Positions 57,901-64,000 of a DNA stretch of 64,000 nucleotides are shown piece by piece. Positions within the stretch are counted from its first letter, which is position 1; every line of letters begins with the position of its first letter. The DNA is from Acidobacteriota bacterium (GTDB taxonomy: Bacteria > Acidobacteriota > Polarisedimenticolia > Gp22-AA2): NCBI GenBank assembly GCA_046758905.1, contig JBHIBC010000005.1, positions 4,656 to 68,655 of the forward strand, given 5' to 3'. The notes beneath the pieces are model-generated. The model saw only the letters and a list, made by a program, of their open reading frames with translations, did no database searches and had not been told where the DNA came from. A program made the translations under genes and the position numbers.

Positions 57901-59825
57901 CCCTCACGATGGTGAACCTCGGCAGCGGCTCGATCTTCCCCTTCAACGTCGGCGCCCCGCCGACGGGCGTCGACCTCAACGGAGCCAACACCGCCGCCTA
58001 TGTCCTGGAGCCCGGCCCCGGGACGCTCGAGGAGGTGATACTCGGCGGGGTGTGCGGGGTCCCCGCACTCATCAACACCGTGACCGGCGCGCTGAGCAGC
58101 CCCGAGAAGATCGCGGTCAACGCCGCGGGCACCCTCGCGTACGTCACCGAGCTCGGGACCGGGAGCCTCCTGGAGATCGATCTCGCCACGGGGATCCGGA
58201 CGGCCATCGCCACGAGCCTGATCAACCCGACGGGTGTCGATCTCAACCCGGCCGAGACCACGGCCTACGTGACCGAGCAAGGGAGCGGGCGACTGCTGTC
58301 GGTCGACCTCGCCACCGGCAACGTGACGACCGAGGCGTTCGGCCTGTCCGTCGCCACGGACGTGGCGTTTCAGCCCGGGGGCAACACGATCAGCATGCCC
58401 GACGGCGTCACTGGCTTCTCCGGCTCGAGCATCGTGGTCCCGGTGAGTCTCACGGACATCACCGGCCAGGGGGTCTTCTCCGTCGATCTGACGGTCCGCT
58501 ACAACAGGGCCGTGCTTCAGATCCCGACCACGCCCGCGCCCAACGGCGGCGTGGCGCTCGGGAGCCTGGCGAGCGGCTGCACGCTGACGACCAATCTGAA
58601 CACCCCCGGCGAGGCGGTCATCTCGGTGTTCTGCAGCTCCGCCATGAGCGGCTCCGGCTCCCTGGTGGAGATCACCTTCAACGTCATCGGCGCCGCCGGG
58701 ACCGGAAGCCCGCTCGACATCGTCACCGCCGCGCTCAACGAGGGGACCCCGGGCGTCTGCGTGGACGACGGTTCCGTCTCGATCCCCGAGTTCATCGCCG
58801 GGGCGATCCGCTACTACCGGGACCAGGCGAGCGCCACGGAGCCCGGGACGCAGCCGGTCGACGCCGCGGCGGTCGATCTCACCGGGTTCATCAATACGAC
58901 GACGAGCACCGACTGCAGCGGCGCCTACACCTTCACCCCCGTGACCCTGAACCAGGACTACAGAGTCACTCCGGGCAAGCTGAACGACTTCGACGCGGGG
59001 ATCGACCCGTTCGACGCCTCGCTGAACGCCCAGCACGTGGTCGGCCTCATCACTCTCACGCCGAATCAGCAGCTGGCGGCCGACGTGACGGGCAACGGGA
59101 CACTCACCTCCTTCGACTCCGCCATGATCGCGCGCTTCACGGTCGGGTCGATCACGCGGTTCCCCGTGGCGACGACCAACGGCAGCGACTGGACCTTCGT
59201 CCCGGTCCCGCAGACGGAGCCGAACCAGACGGTGGTCAACCCCGTGCCGTCGGCGGGCGTTCAGGGGAGCATCTCCTACACGCCGCTCGCCCGCTCGGCC
59301 GCCTCGCAGGATCTCCTGGGGGTCCTCTACGGGGATGTCTCGGGCAACTGGCAATCGAGCTGCACCTCGGGCGCGGCGAGCCTGCCCTTTGCCGCCTCAC
59401 TCGAGGCGCCCAAAGGTGTGAGGCAGCACGGCCCCGCCGGCCGTCTCGTCCTGCCCGCGGTCGCGGCGCGGCCGGGCGAGCTGATCCAGGTGCCGATCAG
59501 GGCCCTGGGGACCGGGGATGCGGTCTCCTTCTACCTGGATCTGCGTTTCGACCCCTCCGTCCTGAGCGTCGAGCGGATCGAGGTGGGGGACGCGGCCCCC
59601 GGCTTCAGCCTCGCGTCGAATCGGGACGACCCCGGGCGGGCGCGGATGGCCCTGTTCCATACGCTTCCCTTGCGGGCCGGGGGCGAGGTCGCGGTCGTCA
59701 CCTTCCTGGTGGTCGGCAAGCCGGGTGACGCGACGGCGCTCACGCTGCCGGCCTTCACGGTCAACGAGGGGCGGATCAGGGCCGTGGTGAAAGAGGGGCT
59801 GGTCCGAGTCGTCCCCGGACGCTGA
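54933..59825 (+). CDS. Giant secreted multi-domain surface protein (1630 aa): N-terminal unknown domain, poly-Pro linker, Cys-rich (Myxococcus-type) repeats, thrombospondin-type-3-like Ca-binding repeats, YVTN/NHL-like beta-propeller, cohesin-like and dockerin-like modules, C-terminal cohesin-like domain
   Basis: ATG 54933 with AGAGGAG RBS; signal peptide. PPPPPPPP linker (about aa 545). CDDGNPCTIDSCD-type repeats. DxDxDG Ca-binding loops (GADGNCDTADDNLD, DADRDGLGDVCDADPC). Five repeats of ..AYVTE.G.G.LL.IDLATG.. (propeller blades). Cohesin-like beta-sandwich segments (VPVSLTDITGQGVFSVDLTVRYNRAVLQ; LIQVPIRALGTGDAVSFYLDLRFDPSVLS). Dockerin-like segment DVTGNGTLTSFDSAMIARFTVG. Confidence 0.8.
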   Translation: MKVTRRVARARAAWAIPLTALLLFALGGRAPVERDEHGRIRNRPVRRVELQGIRVTLEQLQRIDAQLGKPERRVIPFMERPAPTELSEPASSSPAPSEGRSLEREPSPREPGAGPPQAQGAEQGGYESAASPAAAPLANDFPGMKDDLTVIPPDTHGAAGPDFLVSVLNRGFAVFDKATGTIVFGPISLQAFWAPLGTAPGDPASDPFDPRVIYDQYAGRFIVTSAGGRCGPASWILVAISISSDPNAGFTLYAVRADATTPGQWADYPAVGVNPDNIYITANMFDNAGSCPRGAASHPAKFWAIEKAALVGGTLAFSEFIDVVGGGTWQPTHAFGPTPVNYIINEGWSVSPGTRQLRIQEFSGPVGSPILTDLGFIQVARYGLDLIEDAPQLNCSARIETNDFRLLDAVLRNNKIWATHHVDDPVADGVGRTEVAWYEIDPTQAMPSPGPFAGPIQQGRVSGGPPAGLRYYYPSIAVNAAECVALGFSGSDGFNPASGFYTSREPNDPPGTMGPVSPLKGGVDPYFKEFLPPLCAVSVQFEAEPPPPPPPPNQFVVGSTIFDPGAIMTVTPFFFSDGTQFSGGYAEISLANQALGTGQELAINNVNIDFSFSCTEGATIPNLTLKYAELGGNINMEINGDFRNFQDFINVSGLVIGGVRVTATDFGPPGNGPGILSLQGTIFSFSLGGQELWIDDVRSSLAAFTRNRWGDYSATVIDPSDGSFWTIQEYAEQELAPGCNAPDTGVWGTWWGNFACAAIPCSVDADCDDGVFCNGAEVCQNGLFCGPGTRPSCDDGNPCTIDSCDTGSDSCLNAPAPDTERAAGADGNCDTADDNLDLFGPDGLCGTSDDGAGDGTCDAVDNCPGRYNPGQEDADRDGLGDVCDADPCPAGLVYVTESGGASGELSVVDLLTGTVSVITSGLSGPSGVSLNTAGTKAYVSESGGQQLLEIDLATGVPSFIYGQWPQEGVAVCDLGTHGYVTEVVMGNAGALTMVNLGSGSIFPFNVGAPPTGVDLNGANTAAYVLEPGPGTLEEVILGGVCGVPALINTVTGALSSPEKIAVNAAGTLAYVTELGTGSLLEIDLATGIRTAIATSLINPTGVDLNPAETTAYVTEQGSGRLLSVDLATGNVTTEAFGLSVATDVAFQPGGNTISMPDGVTGFSGSSIVVPVSLTDITGQGVFSVDLTVRYNRAVLQIPTTPAPNGGVALGSLASGCTLTTNLNTPGEAVISVFCSSAMSGSGSLVEITFNVIGAAGTGSPLDIVTAALNEGTPGVCVDDGSVSIPEFIAGAIRYYRDQASATEPGTQPVDAAAVDLTGFINTTTSTDCSGAYTFTPVTLNQDYRVTPGKLNDFDAGIDPFDASLNAQHVVGLITLTPNQQLAADVTGNGTLTSFDSAMIARFTVGSITRFPVATTNGSDWTFVPVPQTEPNQTVVNPVPSAGVQGSISYTPLARSAASQDLLGVLYGDVSGNWQSSCTSGAASLPFAASLEAPKGVRQHGPAGRLVLPAVAARPGELIQVPIRALGTGDAVSFYLDLRFDPSVLSVERIEVGDAAPGFSLASNRDDPGRARMALFHTLPLRAGGEVAVVTFLVVGKPGDATALTLPAFTVNEGRIRAVVKEGLVRVVPGR

Positions 59826-59842
59826 CCGCCGGAGGTCGTGGG

Positions 59843-60712
59843 ATGGGACGCGTGGAGCGGCCTGTGAGGCACGACCCGGGGCGGCGCGACCCGGGACGGT
59901 GCGACCCGGGGCGGCGCGACCCGGGACGGCGCGACCGTTGCCAATCTCGGTTCGGGCCACGGCGGGCCGCACTCGGGATGATCCTGCTCCTGCTGGCGGG
60001 CTCAGGCTCGTCGGGCCTCGCCGCGACCCTGAGCCTGCCAGCCGGCGCGGGCGCACCACCGGGCGCCTCCACGGTGGTCCCTCTCCAGGTCGACGACGCG
60101 GCGGGGATGCTGGGGACCGACATCCTCATCGCCTACGACCCCGCGGTGGCGATCGCCACCGGCGTCTCCCCGACCCCCCTCTCGGCGAGCCAGACGCTGA
60201 CCGTGAACCTGAACGGTCCCGGCGTGATCGTCATCTCGCTGTTCGGCGCGTACCCCCTGGACGGGAGCGGGGCCCTGCTGGATCTCTCCTTCACCTCGGT
60301 CGGACCCCTGAACAGCCGGACGGTCCTCGACCTCGCGTCGGCCGACATCAACGAGGGGGGGATCCCGGTGATGCTGCTCGACGGGCAATACTGCGTACAG
60401 GGGCCGACCGAGGAGGTTCGGGGCCTCGAGGCCGGCCTCGCCGCGCCCGGTTCCACGGTGGCGATACTGAGCTGGGCCCCCGATCCCTTGGCGGCCTCCT
60501 TCAACGTCTATCGTGGCGAGAGCCCCGACCTGAGCGATCTCGCCTGCTTCCTTCCCGGCGTCACGGGCACCTCGACCGCGGACGACGGAGCCCTCCCGCC
60601 GGGCGGGCTGTTCGTCTACATGGTGACTGCGGCCAACTGCCGAGGCGAATCGACGCTGGGGTTCGACTCGACCGGCTCGGAGCGGATGAACTCAGCGCCC
60701 TGCAGCCCTTAG
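59843..60712 (+). CDS. Cohesin-domain-containing secreted protein with C-terminal FN3-like module
   Basis: ATG 59843 has GGAGGT 7 nt upstream (alternative ATG 59978, before the hydrophobic MILLLLAGSGSSGLAA). Cohesin-like type segment VVPLQVDDAAGMLGTDILIAYDPAVAIATGVSP...LLDLSFTSVG. The C-terminus ...ILSWAPDPLAASFNVYRGES... resembles an Ig/FN3-like domain. Confidence 0.65.
   Translation: MGRVERPVRHDPGRRDPGRCDPGRRDPGRRDRCQSRFGPRRAALGMILLLLAGSGSSGLAATLSLPAGAGAPPGASTVVPLQVDDAAGMLGTDILIAYDPAVAIATGVSPTPLSASQTLTVNLNGPGVIVISLFGAYPLDGSGALLDLSFTSVGPLNSRTVLDLASADINEGGIPVMLLDGQYCVQGPTEEVRGLEAGLAAPGSTVAILSWAPDPLAASFNVYRGESPDLSDLACFLPGVTGTSTADDGALPPGGLFVYMVTAANCRGESTLGFDSTGSERMNSAPCSP
59872..59937. repeat. 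15-nt tandem repeat CGACCCGGGRCGGYG x about 4.4 (encodes (DPGRR)n if the upstream start is used)
   Basis: Direct inspection of 59872..59937: perfect 15-nt periodicity with R/Y alternation. Confidence 0.6.
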
Positions 60713-61030
60713 GCCGAGCCTTCATCCTCCGATGCCGTCCCCAACATCTCGCCCGGGGAGGCGTGGCCCGCGATCCGTCTCGATACGTCGCGTGCCACCC
60801 GGCGGTTCGCCGGCCGTCGGGGCGACGGGCTCCGCCGCCTCCATAACGGCGGACCCGTCCGGCCGCCAGCGTGGGGCGCGAATGTCGATTGTCAAAGAGC
60901 CAGGGCTCTCGAGGCGGCGACGGCTGCCTGAGTTCCGCGCCGGGCCGACGGCTTCCAGAGCCTGACGTGAGGCGCGCCTCCCCGCGCGAGAAGCGGGCGC
61001 GGGGGTGGGCGCGCCTCCCGACGCGCGACC

Positions 61031-61215
61031 GTGGGGGCGGGCGCGGCCCGCGAGGAGCCGGCGCGCCGACACGCAGCTCCCGAAGAACTAGCGTGGGGGC
61101 GGGCGCGGCTCGCGAGGAGCCGGCGCGCCGACACGCAGCTCCCGAAGAACTAGCGTGGGGGCGGGCGCGGCTCGCGAGGAGCCGGCGCTAAGGCGCACGC
61201 GCGTCGCGAAAGACT
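61031..61215. repeat. 62-bp direct tandem repeat, about 3 copies (GTGGGGGCGGGCGCGGCYCGCGAGGAGCCGGCGCGCCGACACGCAGCTCCCGAAGAACTAGC), third copy degenerate
   Basis: Copies at 61031..61092 and 61093..61154 differ by one base; a third at 61155.. diverges after 35 nt. Lies in the convergent intergenic region between the cohesin gene and the HNH gene, overlapping the HNH 3' end. No spacers, so not CRISPR. Confidence 0.7.
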
Positions 61216-63869
61216 AGCGCCAGGGCGGGCGCAGGCACCTCTCGGGAACCGGGCGTCCCGCCAACCGGCGCGCGGTCCCGGGGAGCCCGGCCGGTCCCGC
61301 GGAGGCTCTCGCCGAGGTAGCGCGCCAGAGGGGGGCCGTCGGGCCTGACGCCCAGCTCCCACCACAGATCCGAGTTCGCACGGCCGGAGCAGCGCAGCCA
61401 TCCCTGGTGGATTCCCCGCTGGTGATGTCCCACGCACAGGGTGATGAGGTTGTCGTCCTCGTCGCCTCCGCCGCGCGAGCGGAAGATGATGTGGTGCTCG
61501 TTGAGGTTGCTGCGCGAGGAGCACCCGGGGACCCGGCAACGCCAGCCGTCGCGCTCGAAGATGCGATAGCGCCGGCGCCAGCCCGCGTCGCCCGGGTTGT
61601 CCCACGTCTCGCGCAGCGACCGGATGAGCATGACGAGACACTCCCAGTCGCGGAGATCGCGGCCCGCGACGCCGCGGCACGCGCGCAAGGCGCTGTGCCA
61701 GAGTGCGGCGACGTCCGTGGGCGCCCAGAAGGAGATCCGGTGAATCGGCCACCACCACGCCTGGGTCCGGCCCCGGCGATCGGCCTGTCCCGTGGGGTCG
61801 GCCGCGGCGGCTGGCGCCGGGCTCTTGGGGCGCGCAGACGTGTGCCGCGCGGTCCCGGGGCGAGGGGACGGGTCCGCAGGCGGGAGGGGCGCGCCCGATC
61901 GCCCGTCCCAGGACAGGGTCCGGGCCAGCGCGCAGATGTGTGCCGCCTCGGGGGCGGGGGCGGCGGGTGTATCCCCTGTGTCCGGGACCGGGGGCCCGCT
62001 CGCCGACTCCGAGGGTGCGGGGGCGCGCGTCCCGCTCGGGACCGGGGGCCTGGTCGCCGCGGGCGGGGCGGCGGGTGGGTCGGCGGGCGCCGCGGCGGGC
62101 GGGGCGGTGGCGTCCTCCCGCATCGCCGTGGCGATGTCGCAGAGGGCCACGACCTCCTCGAGGCGGCGCACCGTCACGCGCCGGGCGTAGCGGATCCACC
62201 GGCCCTGGGTCTCGGGCCGGACGACCCGGACCAGATGGCGCGCGTGGCACCAGGTGATGAGGCCTCGCCTGTAAGCGTCGGCCAGCAGCGGGAGGCTGCG
62301 AAGTCGCCGATCCAGCGCGATCAGGTAGCGGGCGCGCCGGGGCGACATCCCGAGCGCGGCGCGGCACCAGTCGCCCAACGAGTCGGACCCCAGATCGCGA
62401 TAGAGCCGGGTCCCGGCCAGGGTGGCGAGAAGGCGACCCTGGCGCCATGCGAGCGACTGGCGGAGACGGACCAGCCCCCGAAGCCGTGCGTCCAGATCCC
62501 AGGGGTCGGGCGCCTGCCCCGCCGATTCGCCTCCGGCCCGGGCTCCGTCCGCGCCGGCCGCCTGACCGGGAGCGACCGCGCCGGAGCGGGCTCCGGACCC
62601 GAGAGCGTCCGCACGGGAATCGACCGCCAGGGCGCCCGCCGGCAGCGACGACCCGGGATCGGGAGGGATCTCCGGCGCGCGGCCCGCGAGAATGCTCTCG
62701 GGATCGGCGGCGGAGCCCAGGGGGCTCAGAGCCTCCCGGACAACGGCGGATACCTCCGACCAGACGCGCAGGCCGAGGAGCCCCTCGGCGGCGCCGGTGG
62801 ACGGGCGGGGCGCATCCGCGCCGCCTCCCGCGCGGTCGGCCTCGCTCGCGGCGGCTGGAGGGGGTGGCGGGGCCGCGTCCGTACCGGGGCCCGCGCCGTC
62901 AGGCTCGATCGTGGTGCCGGGAGTGGGCGCTGGGAGCGCGTCCGCGGGTGGAGATGGGATCGCGCCGGCGGCGCCGGGATTCCTCGAGGTGGTGAGGGGG
63001 ACCGTGCCGTTCGCTCGGTCCGGAGCGTCCTTGACATCGGGGACTCCGGAGAGGAAGTCGGCGGCCAGGTACTCGGCGCAGCGCCAGGCCGGCTCCTGGT
63101 GACCGGCGACGCGACGGATGAGATCGAGCGCCCAGTGCCAGAGGGCCACGACCTGCCCCGGCGCCTTAAAAGAGATGAAGCGGCCCGGGTCGTCCTGCCC
63201 CACGGCGGCGTCGGCCTGCGGCGCAGATGTGTGCCGCTGAGGAGCGGCCGGCTGCGCAGCCCTGTGCCGGTGGGGCAGGGACGTCTCGGCGGTCGTCTCG
63301 CCCGTGGTCGTGGTGGCTCCGTCGGGCGCGGCGTCCGGATCCCTCGGGAGCCGAGCCGGGTCATCGGGCTCTCGGCCCGGCTGGGGCTGGGAGCATCCCG
63401 GATCTGCGGGCGTTTGGGGCGGCCGGCGCCCTGCGGACCCCGGACCCTCGGGCGCGGGGGTCTGGCGGCGCTCCACGCGCGCCAGGTCCTCCAGCTCGCG
63501 GACCGTCAGGCGCCGGGCCCGCGCGAGCCACAGTGCCTGGGTGGCGGCGGTGGAGGCGGCGGCGATGACCCGAAGCTTCGACGGCGGGAGGTCGCCGGCG
63601 TCGAAGGCGCGGGCGACGTGCGGCAGGACGCGCAGGGCGCGGTCCATCCTGAGGAGCGACTGGGCGCGGCGGAGGCTCATCCCGAGCCGCTCCGTCAGGT
63701 AGTCGGCGAGCCGGACGTAGCCGAGCCGCCGGAAGCGGCCCTCGCCGCTCATCAGGTAGAGGCCCCTGCCGAGTCGGCGCTCGATGACGGCGCCGGCGCG
63801 GGTCAGGCGCAGGAGCTGAGACTCGAGAAGGCGGGCCGCCAGGCCGCTGGTGACGGCGGAAGCATCGAC
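61188..63869 (-). CDS. HNH endonuclease with duplicated DUF222-like N-terminal domains
   Basis: Start ATG 63869 with AAGGAGG 4-5 nt upstream (MMPRPG...). C-terminal HNH: RDGWRCRVPGC...NLNEHHIIFRSRGGGDEDDNLITLCVGHHQRGIHQGW. Two internal repeats of a DUF222-like module (...LTVRELEDLARVER...ISFKAPGQVVALWHWALDLIRRVAG and ...VTVRRLEEVVALCD...ISFWAPTDVAALWHSALRACRGVAG), separated by Pro/Ala-rich low-complexity linkers. Confidence 0.8.
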   Translation of the reverse strand, partial: VDASAVTSGLAARLLESQLLRLTRAGAVIERRLGRGLYLMSGEGRFRRLGYVRLADYLTERLGMSLRRAQSLLRMDRALRVLPHVARAFDAGDLPPSKLRVIAAASTAATQALWLARARRLTVRELEDLARVERRQTPAPEGPGSAGRRPPQTPADPGCSQPQPGREPDDPARLPRDPDAAPDGATTTTGETTAETSLPHRHRAAQPAAPQRHTSAPQADAAVGQDDPGRFISFKAPGQVVALWHWALDLIRRVAGHQEPAWRCAEYLAADFLSGVPDVKDAPDRANGTVPLTTSRNPGAAGAIPSPPADALPAPTPGTTIEPDGAGPGTDAAPPPPPAAASEADRAGGGADAPRPSTGAAEGLLGLRVWSEVSAVVREALSPLGSAADPESILAGRAPEIPPDPGSSLPAGALAVDSRADALGSGARSGAVAPGQAAGADGARAGGESAGQAPDPWDLDARLRGLVRLRQSLAWRQGRLLATLAGTRLYRDLGSDSLGDWCRAALGMSPRRARYLIALDRRLRSLPLLADAYRRGLITWCHARHLVRVVRPETQGRWIRYARRVTVRRLEEVVALCDIATAMREDATAPPAAAPADPPAAPPAATRPPVPSGTRAPAPSESASGPPVPDTGDTPAAPAPEAAHICALARTLSWDGRSGAPLPPADPSPRPGTARHTSARPKSPAPAAAADPTGQADRRGRTQAWWWPIHRISFWAPTDVAALWHSALRACRGVAGRDLRDWECLVMLIRSLRETWDNPGDAGWRRRYRIFERDGWRCRVPGCSSRSNLNEHHIIFRSRGGGDEDDNLITLCVGHHQRGIHQGWLRCSGRANSDLWWELGVRPDGPPLARYLGESLRGTGRAPRDRAPVGGTPGSREVPAPALALVFRDARAP

Positions 63870-63936
63870 GCCTGGCCGGGGCATCATGCGACCTCCTTTC
63901 CGAGGGGGCCAGGTCAATCGACGCGGGCGATGGCGA

Positions 63937-63964
63937 GTATGGTGTAAGTCAAGCGAAAAGTCAA
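63937..63964 (-). promoter_or_regulatory. Putative sigma70 promoter for the HNH gene inside an AT-rich island (TTGACT-17-CATACT on the minus strand) with upstream A/T tract (UP-element-like)
   Basis: Minus-strand reading ...aaatttttttgcattttcttcTTGACTtttcgcttgacttacacCATACTcgcc...; local GC far below the window average. Confidence 0.35.
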
Positions 63965-64000
63965 GAAGAAAATGCAAAAAAATTTCCGGCCCCGCCGGGC

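Noticed and set aside
61031-61215. 62-bp repeats as a possible CRISPR array
   Set aside because: Copies are directly abutting with no spacers, no cas genes, and the unit length and GC are atypical; this is a plain tandem repeat.

Overview
High-GC (about 70%) bacterial chromosomal window, 64 kb, densely coding on both strands. Ribosome-binding sites are of the AGGAGG type, with many GTG and a few TTG starts. The taxon cannot be fixed from sequence alone; the gene content (fused E1, DUF5117-type metalloprotease, Myxococcus-type cysteine-rich repeats, cohesin/dockerin modules) is reminiscent of Acidobacteriota, Gemmatimonadota or Myxococcota. There is no rRNA, no CRISPR array and no transposase or integrase. 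One tRNA-Met(CAT) is present. Annotated content: about 50 CDS, including four peptidases (DUF5117/DUF4953 Zn-metalloprotease, S9 oligopeptidase B, M2 ACE-like peptidyl-dipeptidase, M1 LTA4H-like aminopeptidase), NSS and SLC12-like transporters, a Ser/Thr kinase-FHA-YyaL operon, a fused E1 alpha/beta dehydrogenase, an asnB-flippase-methyltransferase trio, and a BNR/sortilin-like propeller. Most notable: (1) a DUF3179-family gene whose in-frame TGA aligns with the first Cys of the family CPLC motif and is followed 13 nt later by an 8-bp hairpin with a GGUCU loop (bSECIS-like), making it a candidate selenoprotein. (2) A signalling-to-surface locus (49.0 to 60.7 kb): periplasmic family-5 SBP translationally coupled to a Cache-type histidine kinase, then a sigma54-activator response regulator, a near-consensus sigma54 -24/-12 promoter with upstream direct repeats, a receiver-only regulator, a 1630-aa secreted protein (beta-propeller, TSP3-like Ca-binding repeats, cysteine-rich repeats, dockerin-like and cohesin-like modules) and a second cohesin-domain protein. 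Also notable: tandem AlaDH/PNT-like paralogs, one with an in-frame amber codon and a G-run frameshift; 15-nt and 62-bp tandem repeats; and a DUF222-HNH endonuclease gene with an AT-rich promoter island.
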